Assembly: GCA_963820525.1 (NCBI GenBank)
Contig: CAWGAA010000001.1
Location: forward strand, 2,848,001-2,912,000
DNA length: 64,000 nucleotides
Direction: 5' to 3'
Source: an uncultured Spirochaetota bacterium
Lineage (GTDB): Bacteria; Spirochaetota; Spirochaetia; SZUA-6; Fen-1364
This document shows, piece after piece, positions 1 to 9,398 of this stretch. The notes beneath the pieces were generated by a model. That model was not told the DNA's origin. It worked only from the letters and a program-made list of their open reading frames with translations, and searched no databases. Positions within the stretch are counted from its first letter, which is position 1. Every line of letters begins with the position of its first letter. Position numbers and translations under genes: made by a program.

Positions 1-47
1 CTCGAGTGAAGCGATAGAGCTATAATGACCGGTGGAGGCGGGCATTA

Positions 48-578
48 ATGAAACTTGCCATCTTTGGCGCATCTGGCGCAACAGGTAAGCAGATCATTGA
101 GCAGGCGCTTGCCGCGGGAAACCAGGTGGCCGCCTTCGCTCGAAACCCATCAAAAATCGGCGCGAGTCATGAGCGTCTGACGATTGTGCAGGGCGAATTA
201 TCCGACACGGCGGCAATTGAGCGCGCAGTGGGCGGTGCGGATGCGGTCAACAGTTCATCCACCCCGAGTGCCAGTGACCCCAATGACTTGCCGGATTTCA
301 AATTCAAAGTCCTGGTTGCCATCGTCAAATCCGTGATGCGCCCAGCATACGAAGAAATCGTCAACGTTGCGCGGATTGTTCGCGAGTCGGATACCGATTG
401 GATTATCGTGCGTGCGTCTCTGCTGAACAACAATCCCGGGTCGGGGAGAATCAGGGCCGGCTATTTGGGCAAGAAACAGGTAGGCACAAACATTTCCCGC
501 GCGGATTTGGCGGCGTTCATGCTCAAGCAGGCACAGGATACAACCTATCTGCGGCAAGCGCCCGCCATCAGCAATTGA
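48..578 (+). CDS. NAD(P)H-binding atypical SDR (flavin reductase/BVR-B-like), apparently with an in-frame internal deletion
   Basis: GASGATG Rossmann motif, DWIIVR and ISRADLA motifs; RBS GGAGG; 176 aa versus about 210 aa typical. Confidence 0.8.
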   Translation: MKLAIFGASGATGKQIIEQALAAGNQVAAFARNPSKIGASHERLTIVQGELSDTAAIERAVGGADAVNSSSTPSASDPNDLPDFKFKVLVAIVKSVMRPAYEEIVNVARIVRESDTDWIIVRASLLNNNPGSGRIRAGYLGKKQVGTNISRADLAAFMLKQAQDTTYLRQAPAISN

Positions 579-589
579 GAACGACTTCC

Positions 590-1864
590 ATGAAAATCAC
601 CATCCTCGCCTATGGTTCGCGCGGCGATGTGCAGCCTTTCACCGCCCTCGCGCTCGGGCTGCAAAAAGCCGGGCACAGCGTGCGCCTGGCTGCTCCGAAT
701 CGTTTTGCCGATCTTGCAGCCCAGTACAATATACCCTTCACGCCCCTGCCGGGCGATCCGGGAAAGATGAGCGCCCTCGCCAACAACATCCGGCGTGATG
801 CGTTTGGCGCAATCAAATCCATGGCCCAATACGTCTTCTCCATCACCGCCCCGGTCCTCCGCGCCGCCCTGGCCGCCTGCGACGATGCCGACCTCATCGT
901 CCACTCGTTCTTCTTCACCACTATTGCGGGTTCGCTGGCGCGCGCCCTCCGCATCCCGGATGTCTCTGTGCAACTCCTTCCCCTGTTCATACCCACACGC
1001 GCCTATCCGATGGTTGCCATGCCCAACATGCCGCCCGGCGTGCTGAGCTACTTTACCCACTGGCTTACCACACAGATTTTTCGACGCGTTGTGCAGATGG
1101 GATTGGGGCACCTGCGCCGCGCCGAGCCGGGGATTTTCAATCTGAAGCTATCCTGGCCCTTTGACGCTTCTCACCCCGTTCAGACCCCCCTTCTCTTTGC
1201 ATATAGTCCGACCATTCTTCCCCAACCGCTGGACTGGAAAGCGCCCCACATTCACGTCACCGGCTACTTCTTTCTCGATGCCTCTGAAACGTACCGACCG
1301 CCGCGGGAACTTTTAGACTTCCTCGCCGCCGGGGATGCCCCGGTGTGCGTGACGTTTGGGAGCATGGTCAGCCGCGAGTCCGAGCGGATAGACGCTCTCG
1401 TGCGCGCCGCCCTCGCCCGGACCCGCCAGCGCGGCATCATCCTCACCGGTTGGGGCGGGAGGAAACCCGCCGAACACATAGATGATCTGTTCTATTTCGA
1501 TGCTGTACCGCACGACTGGCTTTTCCCCCGCTGCAAATCCGTCATCCATCACGGCGGAGTGGGGACGACAGCCGCCGGTCTGCGTGCCGGGATTCCCAAC
1601 ATCATCGTCCCTCACACAATAGACCAGCCGTTTTGGGGGAAACGCGTCGCGGCCATTGGGGCAGGCCCAGCGCCCATTGATTTGGCGCATCTGTCCGTTC
1701 CGAGGCTGGCCGCCGCTCTCGCTCAGGCACACAGTCCAGCCCTTCGAGCGCGCGCCCACGAGTTAGGGTATCTGATCAGAGCCGAAGATGGTGTCGGAGA
1801 AGCAGTGCGCCTTATCGAACAGCATGCCGCCAACCCGTATTATCGAAATCGACCGGACGCTTAA
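590..1864 (+). CDS. Glycosyltransferase family 1 (sterol/UDP-glucosyltransferase-like)
   Basis: N-terminal GSRGDVQP; C-terminal PHDWLF..IHHGGVGTTAAGLRAGIP..DQPFWG; start reassigned to ATG 590. Confidence 0.9.
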   Translation: MKITILAYGSRGDVQPFTALALGLQKAGHSVRLAAPNRFADLAAQYNIPFTPLPGDPGKMSALANNIRRDAFGAIKSMAQYVFSITAPVLRAALAACDDADLIVHSFFFTTIAGSLARALRIPDVSVQLLPLFIPTRAYPMVAMPNMPPGVLSYFTHWLTTQIFRRVVQMGLGHLRRAEPGIFNLKLSWPFDASHPVQTPLLFAYSPTILPQPLDWKAPHIHVTGYFFLDASETYRPPRELLDFLAAGDAPVCVTFGSMVSRESERIDALVRAALARTRQRGIILTGWGGRKPAEHIDDLFYFDAVPHDWLFPRCKSVIHHGGVGTTAAGLRAGIPNIIVPHTIDQPFWGKRVAAIGAGPAPIDLAHLSVPRLAAALAQAHSPALRARAHELGYLIRAEDGVGEAVRLIEQHAANPYYRNRPDA

Positions 1865-1922
1865 AGCTGCATGTTTCTATCTAAAGGCCGCCGCCGGGAG
1901 CGGACCCTCCAGGCTCGGGGCC

Positions 1923-2390
1923 TCAGCCGTTCTGCGTGCTGAGGAAGACCTGGATGCCCATGTGCTGGATCTGGTCCAGCCGCTCCTCGATCGAGTCTAT
2001 GTGATGGTCCTCGTCGTGGAGGATCGCCTCCAGGATCTCCCGGGTGGCGAAGTCCGCCACGTCTCCGGCCTGCTTGATGGCGGCGTTGTATTCCTTGACC
2101 GCCTGGGCCTCCAGGGCATGATCGTTGGCCAGCTGCTTGGGAACGTCTGAGCCGATGTGCATGGCAAGCAGATTGGAGACGACGGGGATTCCTTCCAGGA
2201 AAAGGATCCTCCCGATCAGCTTCTCGGCGTGCTTCATCTCGTCCTTGGCCTGCTTGTCGAAATGGTCGCGGAGCTTCTTGTATCCCCAGTTCTCGCTCAT
2301 CTCGGCGTGCACCATGTACTGGTTGATTGCGGTGAGCTCCTCGGCGAGCAGAGTGTTCAGGGTCTCGATGAGTTTTTCGTTTCCTTTCAT
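1923..2390 (-). CDS. bfr: Bacterioferritin
   Basis: MKGN start with strong RBS; ELTAINQY, DEMKHA (heme Met), RILFLEG and DEDHH ferroxidase motifs. Confidence 0.95.
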   Translation of the reverse strand: MKGNEKLIETLNTLLAEELTAINQYMVHAEMSENWGYKKLRDHFDKQAKDEMKHAEKLIGRILFLEGIPVVSNLLAMHIGSDVPKQLANDHALEAQAVKEYNAAIKQAGDVADFATREILEAILHDEDHHIDSIEERLDQIQHMGIQVFLSTQNG

Positions 2391-2503
2391 TCCTTCCTCC
2401 ACGTTCTGATGGTTTTTCCGCTTAAGAAAATACAGCCGTGGAGGATCGAAGAAAAGAAAAACTCGTCGTGGGCGAGCGCCGGGCCGGGCGCGTTGTGCCG
2501 GGA

Positions 2504-3097
2504 CTAGGCGCCGGTCGCCGTTGGACTTCCTTCCAGCCCTATCTCTTTTGCCGCGGTGCGCATGCCCAGGATCGTGTCGGTGATGAGCTCCTCCAGGTCA
2601 ATGCCGAGCATCTCTCTTCCTTTCTCTATCACCTCGCGGTTCACGCCGGCGGCAAAGCTCTTGTCCTTCCACTTCTTTTTCACGGATTTCGCCTCCGTGT
2701 CCAGGACGCTCCGCGATGGGCGCATGAGCGCAACCGCCTTGATCAGGCCCGTAAGCTCGTCCACGGCATAGAGGGTCTTCTCCAGCGCCGAGACCGGCTC
2801 CTCCTGGGAGCAGATCCCCCAACCGTGGCTCACCACGGCCCGGATATATTCCTCGGGCCACCCCGCCTCCCGGAGGATCTCCGGGCTTTTCCTGCAGTGC
2901 TGCTCGGGAAACCGCTCGTAGTCGATGTCGTGGACGAGGCCGATGACGCCCCACTTCTCCTCGTCCTCCCCCTTCTTTTTCGCGATGGAGCGCATGACGG
3001 CCTCGACGGACAGGGCATGCTTGATGAGGCTGTCGTTGGAGTTGTATGCCAGGAGAAGCTGATACGCTTCCTGGCGGGTTGGTGTATGGGTTTCCAT
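2504..3097 (-). CDS. HD-superfamily (HDIG-type) phosphohydrolase
   Basis: KHALSVE, GLVHDIDYE, SHG, YAVDELTG and FAAGVNRE motifs. Confidence 0.85.
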   Translation of the reverse strand: METHTPTRQEAYQLLLAYNSNDSLIKHALSVEAVMRSIAKKKGEDEEKWGVIGLVHDIDYERFPEQHCRKSPEILREAGWPEEYIRAVVSHGWGICSQEEPVSALEKTLYAVDELTGLIKAVALMRPSRSVLDTEAKSVKKKWKDKSFAAGVNREVIEKGREMLGIDLEELITDTILGMRTAAKEIGLEGSPTATGA

Positions 3098-3237
3098 GCG
3101 TTGGAGAGTACCGTCGCTTCGCCTTTCCAACAAGGGGAACGCGGCGGCTTTGGTGCGCTGCGCATGACCGCCGCCGACGGAGATTCGCCGCGGCAACATC
3201 GAGTGAGTATATTCATGACGAGGGAAGACAGTAGCAC

Positions 3238-3591
3238 GTGGATACAGAGAAAAAGCAACAGCTTCCTCAATCTTTCCTGGAGCTGATCCGGATCTGGGAG
3301 CTGCCCGTGCTGGTCGACTTCTGGGCCGAATGGTGCGGCCCCTGCCGCATCGTCTCTCCCGTGGTCGAGCGTCTTGCCAAAGAGTTTTCAGGAAAGCTCC
3401 TCACGGTCAAGGTGAACGTTGACAGGCGGCCCGCCATTGCAGAAACCTTCCAGGTGCAGAGCATCCCTACCATCATGCTGTTCTGGAAAGGCGAGTCTCA
3501 CATGCGCCTCACCGGGGCCTATCCCTATGAGGCCATCAGAAAGTCGATCCTGGAGAACTGGCCCCGGGAAGCGGGGCAGGCCATCGCATAG
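3238..3591 (+). CDS. trxA: Thioredoxin
   Basis: VDFWAEWCGPC active site; SIPT cis-Pro motif. Confidence 0.92.
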   Translation: MDTEKKQQLPQSFLELIRIWELPVLVDFWAEWCGPCRIVSPVVERLAKEFSGKLLTVKVNVDRRPAIAETFQVQSIPTIMLFWKGESHMRLTGAYPYEAIRKSILENWPREAGQAIA

Positions 3592-3595
3592 GAAC

Positions 3596-6253
3596 CTATA
3601 GCACCAGGTCCAGCACTTCGATGACCGCGCCCGCCGATGCGCGGGGGTTGGGGAAGCGTGAAAAGAGCGCCCCCGCCTCCAGCTTCGGCCCGGCGGCAAG
3701 CTCCAGCCGCAGGCTCTCCCCATTCATCCGATAGCGGGCATCCAGAAGGCCCTTCCGTTTTTTCGCCTTTTCGGAAACGATCATTCTATAGCCGTCAACG
3801 GACCGTTCGGTGGTGAAGGCCGTGTGCGTGGCGCGGAGGGCTTCCCCGATGGCCTCATCGGCTTTGGGGAAAAGCTCAAGGGGAAGCTCCAGGGCAAGGG
3901 CGATTGAAGAGAAGCTTCCGGCGGATATCTCACCGGGGGCGAGGAGCTGGAAGCGAGGCGCGGACGGGTTCCCCTGAGCGCCGAACGGCACACTCAGCGC
4001 CGCTTCGAGCTTCTGCCGGTCCCACGCCACGATCTCCACGATTCCGCATCCGAACCAGGACCCCGCAAACGCGGGCCCAAGCCAGGGAGAAACCACTACC
4101 TCGCGAACCCTGAGCACGTTTTCTAGCTCGCGAGGGCAGAGATCCAGAAAGCCGCGGAGGAGGACTGCATTCAGCCATTCGGAGCGCGCGGCGGCTGCTT
4201 CTCGTGGGATTGTCACGCGCGCGAACAGGGGATTCAGGCGCGCCTTTTGGCGCTCGAGGGCGGCCAATGCCTCGGCCGCTCGGACGGGGCGTGACGCGTG
4301 GAAGGCGGCGGTGGGCGGGGCACCCGGCGCGCGAGAGTTGCCCGCGAAGCCCGCAGGGGCCGCTTTGATGGGGCGGGCCGCGGCGCCCGGCGTGCGTGAG
4401 TCGCCTGAGGCGGCCGCCCGTGTGGCGCCACCCGCCCCGCCCGATGCGCCGGTCCTGGCGGCCTCTTTGGGTCTGGATGGGCCGCTCATGGTGCACCCCA
4501 GGCACTGCGCGCATCCCCTGGGGTTTCCGCGGCGGCAATAGCCCTCGTCGATTCCCGCCTTTGCCTGCTGGTAACGCTCGTAGAGGGATGACCGCTCCCG
4601 CTCTGTCTCCAGGAAGCCGAAGGCAAAGGGGAACCCTTCCGGCTTTTCGGCCTGGAGATCTTTCGCTTCCTCCCCGTTGCGTGAAAGCCATTCGTCGAGG
4701 ATCTCTCCGGCCTGGGGCGGAAACCGCCCGTCATAGACCGCTCCGCGTGATGCAAGCCGCTCCACGAGCCGCGTGACGGCGTATCCGCCCGCGGCAAGCA
4801 CCTGAGTGAGCCTGTAGTCGAGCATGCCCGCGGCCAGGCGGAACTCGAAGCCGTTGGTCTGGCAGATCGACTTTGCCCTTCCGATCCGGGGCCGCCATTC
4901 CTTCTCTTCGAGGATGAGCCCGTCGTAGCGCAGGGGGGTGAAGGGCATCCGCACCAGGAGCCCGAAGCTGAAGATGAAGCGGGGCGCGCGCTCCGCGGCC
5001 CGGCAGAGATCCTTGAGCCGGCGTACAAAGGCTGAAAGCTCTTCGAAGTCCTCCGTGGTTTCCCGCCCCGTGAGGAGGTAGAAGAGCTTCACCTCCCGCA
5101 CCTTCTTTTTCACAAGCGCCTCGACGATCCGGCTGATGTCCTTCTCCTCCAGGCTCTTGTGAAGGAATCTCCGCTTCGCCTCGCTCACCCCCTCGATCCC
5201 GATCGTGTAGCTCCTCTTGCCCGCGGCCGTCTCGACGTCCAGCAGGCCGGAGGTCCTGGCCAGGATGTCCGCCCTCTGGCTCATCGCGTTCACGCGAAGG
5301 AAGATCCTGCTCAGCCCGAGGAGAAGCTCGACGAGCCCTTCGTGAGTGTTGAAGTTGAAGCTTGAAACCTCAAGCGTCTCCGCGCCGCCTGCCGCCTTGA
5401 GCTCCCTGGCCTCCGCCAAAAGCGCCTCCACGGGAAGCTGGCGGAACGGCTTTCTGTCGAAGCCTTCGAAGCAGAAGGAGCATAGGCACGGGCAGCCCTT
5501 GGTGATCTCCAGCCGCGCGGATCCCGCCTCCTGGCCTGGAAGAAGGGGATACGGAAGGCCCGCGGCCGCCAGGGGGGGTTCCGAGCTGACCGCCCTCTTC
5601 ACCGTGCGCGAGAGGTCCCCGGCCGGCCACAGCCCATCGATCTGCCCGGCAATGGCCGAAAGCCGCTCGGCCTTGGCCAGGGCCGACATCTCCTTCCAGA
5701 GGGAGACGATCCTCGCCACGGCCCCTTCTCCCTCGCCGAAGAACAGGGCATCGGCCATGCAGTCGCCGTTCTCCTTCACCACCCCGTGCGCCGCGGCGCT
5801 GCTGGAACCGCCCAGGATGACCGCCGGCCACCGCGCCCCCCGCTCGCTGGCCCAGAGGGGAACCCCCGAGTGGAGGAAGAGGTAGGGAAGGTTCACCAGC
5901 TCTGGGACGCAAGAGTTGGACACCAGAAGAAGATCGAAGTCCGACAGGGGGCGATGAGACTGCGTCCCGATAATGAGGGGAAGCCCCGACTCCTCGAGGG
6001 CGGCCCTGTCGCCCGCCGGGGGAAGGAATGCCGTGTCCACGAACGAGCCGGGAACCCCGCGGCGGACCTCGCGGGAAAGGAAGAGGTGGGGGGTGGAGCG
6101 TTCCACGTCCTTGAAAGGAGACAGGCGCAGGATGAGCACGCCCAGAGCGCGCGCCTCCCATTGCGGGTTTCCGTAGGTCGGGTTGGGCCTGTAGAGCGGG
6201 GCATCGCGAAGGGAGGGGAGGCTCCCGCGAAAGAACTCATCGAACGGGGGCAT
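3596..6253 (-). CDS. Radical SAM protein (TIGR03960-like) with low-complexity linker and extra C-terminal domain
   Basis: CPCLCSFC (CxxxCxxC); RPLSDFD and FFGEGEG motifs; later C..CAQCLGC cluster. Confidence 0.8.
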   Translation of the reverse strand: MPPFDEFFRGSLPSLRDAPLYRPNPTYGNPQWEARALGVLILRLSPFKDVERSTPHLFLSREVRRGVPGSFVDTAFLPPAGDRAALEESGLPLIIGTQSHRPLSDFDLLLVSNSCVPELVNLPYLFLHSGVPLWASERGARWPAVILGGSSSAAAHGVVKENGDCMADALFFGEGEGAVARIVSLWKEMSALAKAERLSAIAGQIDGLWPAGDLSRTVKRAVSSEPPLAAAGLPYPLLPGQEAGSARLEITKGCPCLCSFCFEGFDRKPFRQLPVEALLAEARELKAAGGAETLEVSSFNFNTHEGLVELLLGLSRIFLRVNAMSQRADILARTSGLLDVETAAGKRSYTIGIEGVSEAKRRFLHKSLEEKDISRIVEALVKKKVREVKLFYLLTGRETTEDFEELSAFVRRLKDLCRAAERAPRFIFSFGLLVRMPFTPLRYDGLILEEKEWRPRIGRAKSICQTNGFEFRLAAGMLDYRLTQVLAAGGYAVTRLVERLASRGAVYDGRFPPQAGEILDEWLSRNGEEAKDLQAEKPEGFPFAFGFLETERERSSLYERYQQAKAGIDEGYCRRGNPRGCAQCLGCTMSGPSRPKEAARTGASGGAGGATRAAASGDSRTPGAAARPIKAAPAGFAGNSRAPGAPPTAAFHASRPVRAAEALAALERQKARLNPLFARVTIPREAAAARSEWLNAVLLRGFLDLCPRELENVLRVREVVVSPWLGPAFAGSWFGCGIVEIVAWDRQKLEAALSVPFGAQGNPSAPRFQLLAPGEISAGSFSSIALALELPLELFPKADEAIGEALRATHTAFTTERSVDGYRMIVSEKAKKRKGLLDARYRMNGESLRLELAAGPKLEAGALFSRFPNPRASAGAVIEVLDLVL

Positions 6254-6414
6254 GAGGCGCGCTCACTATACCCTCAAGTCGGGGGGAAGGGAAGGGGATG
6301 GGAGCGGGCGCCGCGCCGGGATGCAGGGCCGCGCCGGGGTCCGGGGCCGCTCGATTTTTCTTGACGGCTTTGAAAGGTGAGCGTATCGTAAAAGGGAAGG
6401 GAGCCCGCACGGCC

Positions 6415-6942
6415 GTGATCCTCCTGATCCCCATCGGCGAGATCGATCGCGCGGTCCTGGAAAGCCTCAGGCATTCCATTTCCGAGGTATTTCACGAGCA
6501 GACGGATGCGGCAGGCGCCATACCGCTTCCCGCGGAGAGCTGGAACCGGCGCCGCGAGCAATACGACGCCGACATCGTGCTTGGCGGCATCCCCCTGCCC
6601 GCGGAAGGCATGAGGGTCCTCGCGGTAGCCGGCGTCGACCTTTTTTCTCACGGGGTGAACTTCGTCTTCGGAGCCGCCGATGCGCTGAAGCGCAGGGCGG
6701 TCATCTCGCTGTTCCGCCTCAGGCAGGAAATCTACTATCTCCCCCACGATGACGCGCTCTTGAAAAAACGGGCTCTTACGGAAGCGGTGCACGAGCTCGG
6801 CCACACCTATGGCCTGGGCCACTGCGCTTCGCAATCCTGCGTGATGCATTTCTCCAACAACCTCGCGGAGACCGACACCAAGGGATGGAAGCTGTGCCGG
6901 GACTGCAGGGAGAACCTGGAAAAGGGCAGCGAGGCGCGGTAA
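6415..6942 (+). CDS. Archaemetzincin-family Zn metalloprotease
   Basis: HELGHTYGLGHC, CVM Met-turn, CxxC; RREQY and NFVFG; promoter TTGACG-17-TATCGT and RBS support GTG 6415. Confidence 0.88.
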   Translation: MILLIPIGEIDRAVLESLRHSISEVFHEQTDAAGAIPLPAESWNRRREQYDADIVLGGIPLPAEGMRVLAVAGVDLFSHGVNFVFGAADALKRRAVISLFRLRQEIYYLPHDDALLKKRALTEAVHELGHTYGLGHCASQSCVMHFSNNLAETDTKGWKLCRDCRENLEKGSEAR

Positions 6943-6960
6943 GCCTTCCGCCCGTTCGAG

Positions 6961-8205
6961 CTACCCCCAGACCCCGGAATCGGGGCACCATCCGTCCTCG
7001 CCCACAAGGGGAATCTCTTTTTCCGTCATCTCGATTCGCTTGCAGCCCGACAGCTCCCGCTTGATGGCCTCTGAAACATAGAGCTCGCCGATGTGGAGGG
7101 TGTCGCGGATGCGGATGATCCTCTCTTCGCCTTCCTCCCGGGGACCGCACGCGCGCATACAAAACTCGAGGGCCCGGCCGTCGTCCTCCGCAACGACCGG
7201 CACCTTGGCTCTTTCCAGGAAAGTGCTGGTGTAGACGTTCTCGTACATCGGATGGTAGTCGATCTTGGAGAAGAGCCTGCGCGTCGTCACCTCCGCGAAT
7301 CCGACCCCGAGCGCGTTTCCGTGCGAGCCGGGAGTGAGGTCCCGTGCCATGATGGCCCCGATGCGGGGCCGCTCGGGCTCGGGCTCTCCCCTGATTGCGA
7401 GCCTGCCGATGACATTGGGATCCATCCCGGTCCCGCTGATGTCCTTTCCAATGAAATCGACAATGAGGATGTCCGCTTCATCCACCGGAAGGGAAGGCAT
7501 GAGGAGGCGGGCCGTGTCCAGGAGGCCGGGCTCGGCGTCCATGATCCGGCCGGCGGGGAGGGCCGTGATGACGGCCGGACTGTCGAAGGCGTTCTCCACG
7601 ATGGCAATCCCGCCGATGACCTTGCCGGTCTTCAGTATCCTTCGGGCGCACTCCGGCATGAGCTCCTTCAGGCCCCTCACCCCGAAGCGGTGGATCTCCA
7701 GGGCCTGGGCGTGCTTTCCCAGCCCCAGAACGCACATCTTGGCCAGGCCGCTTTCATAGCGGCCGTGGAAGTCGGTATGGGGCTTCACCCGGTTAATGAG
7801 GATCACGCCGTCGGAGCTCCACGCCTGGGCGTCCATGAAAAGCTTCAGGGGAAGGCCTCGAGAGTCAAGCTCCACCGTTTCCATGGACGAGCGGACCGGC
7901 GCGCCGGTTCTCCGCTCGTCTATTCCGTAGGAGGCGAGGATCCCGCTCTGGCCCTCGGCGGTCGCCCCGCCATGGCTTCCCATCGCGGGCACGATGAAGG
8001 GCCGGCATCCGGCCTGGAGGAGCCACTGCACCGCGGCGCGGACCATCGTGTCGATGCCGCAGATCCCGCGGCTTCCAATGGCGAGCGCGATGGAGGAGCC
8101 GGGCTTGATGAGGGGGCCGAGCTTCTCAAGCTCTTTCCGCACCGCGGACGCCGCATCGGATATGGCGGTTGGATCGAAGCGCTGGATCACCTTCGTGAGC
8201 TTCAT
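6961..8205 (-). CDS. LarA-like (DUF2088 / lactate-racemase-domain) protein
   Basis: GSRGI, PAMGSHGGATAEGQ, NRVKPHTDF and GKDISGTGMDPNVIGR motifs. Confidence 0.7.
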   Translation of the reverse strand: MKLTKVIQRFDPTAISDAASAVRKELEKLGPLIKPGSSIALAIGSRGICGIDTMVRAAVQWLLQAGCRPFIVPAMGSHGGATAEGQSGILASYGIDERRTGAPVRSSMETVELDSRGLPLKLFMDAQAWSSDGVILINRVKPHTDFHGRYESGLAKMCVLGLGKHAQALEIHRFGVRGLKELMPECARRILKTGKVIGGIAIVENAFDSPAVITALPAGRIMDAEPGLLDTARLLMPSLPVDEADILIVDFIGKDISGTGMDPNVIGRLAIRGEPEPERPRIGAIMARDLTPGSHGNALGVGFAEVTTRRLFSKIDYHPMYENVYTSTFLERAKVPVVAEDDGRALEFCMRACGPREEGEERIIRIRDTLHIGELYVSEAIKRELSGCKRIEMTEKEIPLVGEDGWCPDSGVWG

Positions 8206-8285
8206 ACGCCGGGGTAGTATGCCCCGCGAGGGCATGCTTCGCAAGCAACTTTACTTTCCCAAACCCTCTTTCTATACTCCGCGCA

Positions 8286-9398
8286 GTGCCGTTGTCGATT
8301 TTTCTCACCTCGGATCTCCACCTCGGAATGAAGTTCGCCGGCCTGCCCGAGGTCCGGGAGGAGCTCTGTGAAGCCCGCTTCGCATGTCTCCAGCGGCTTG
8401 TTTCCCTGTCAAACCAGCGCCGCTCGGATCTGCTGGTAATCGCCGGAGACCTCTTCGAGAGGATCTCGGTCTCCCGGCGCGACGTGGAGCGGGCGGCCGA
8501 GATGCTCCGCGATTTTCAGGGCAGGCTCGTCGCGGTCCTTCCCGGAAACCACGATTACCTCTCACCCGAGGACGAGTTGTGGAAGCGTTTCCGGCAGGCG
8601 AGCGGAGACGCCGTCCTCCTCCTGGAAGAGCGAAAGCCCTACGGCCTGGCGCACTTCGGCATCGACGCCTGCCTATATCCGGGCACCTGCTTCTCCAAGC
8701 ATTCCAAGGCCAACGCCATCGGGTGGGTGGGGACGATCCAGCGGGACCGCTCCCTGGCGCGCCATATCGGCGTGGCCCATGGAAGCCTGGAAGGGTTCTC
8801 CCCCGACTTCAACGGCGATTACTATCCCATGAGCTCCGCGGAGCTCATGGGAAGCGGATTGGACCTCTGGCTCCTGGGCCATACCCACGTGCTCTTCCCC
8901 CGGAAGCCGGGATCGAGGGACCGGATCTTCTATGCCGGTACTCCCGAGCCCGACGGCTTCGACTGCGCTCACGAGGGGTATGCATTGTCCATTTCCATTG
9001 GAGATGACGGCGCGCTCTCCTCCGAGGCTCTTCCCACGGGCGCCTACAGGTTCCTGCATGAAGAGGCCGAGATCCGTGACGCGGGCGGGCTTTCAGCCAT
9101 CGAGAAGCGCTACTCAGGCCCCGAGGCGAAACGCGTGCTGCTGAAGGCCGTCCTGAGGGGGCGCCTTCCCCCCGAAGCGCATCCCGAGCTTGAGCGCGTG
9201 CGTGAAAGGCTCTCCAAGAGGCTCATGCATCTGGAGTGGGACGCGGACGGGGTGCGGGAGGAGATATCCCGGCAGGCCATCGATGATGAATATCCCGAAG
9301 GTTCCTTCCCCCATCGCCTCCTGGTTGAAATCTCCGGCTCGGCGGATACGGAGGCACTCCAGCTCGCCTATGAGCTTCTCCACGAGGCCCGAAGATGA
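8286..9398 (+). CDS. Mre11/SbcD-like (YhaO-type) metallophosphoesterase nuclease
   Basis: SDLHLG, AGDLFE, PGNHD, AHGS, LGHTH and YAGTPEP phosphoesterase motifs. Confidence 0.9.
   Translation: MPLSIFLTSDLHLGMKFAGLPEVREELCEARFACLQRLVSLSNQRRSDLLVIAGDLFERISVSRRDVERAAEMLRDFQGRLVAVLPGNHDYLSPEDELWKRFRQASGDAVLLLEERKPYGLAHFGIDACLYPGTCFSKHSKANAIGWVGTIQRDRSLARHIGVAHGSLEGFSPDFNGDYYPMSSAELMGSGLDLWLLGHTHVLFPRKPGSRDRIFYAGTPEPDGFDCAHEGYALSISIGDDGALSSEALPTGAYRFLHEEAEIRDAGGLSAIEKRYSGPEAKRVLLKAVLRGRLPPEAHPELERVRERLSKRLMHLEWDADGVREEISRQAIDDEYPEGSFPHRLLVEISGSADTEALQLAYELLHEARR

Noticed and set aside
398..589. Long N-terminal extensions in the ORF track (GT1, CDF, ltaE, gltA, permeases, DppD and others)
   Set aside because: They overlap neighbouring genes; downstream starts match family N-termini and RBS or promoter positions
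6300..6350. Short GCCGCGCCGGG direct repeat
   Set aside because: Two copies in very GC-rich DNA; no array or spacer structure
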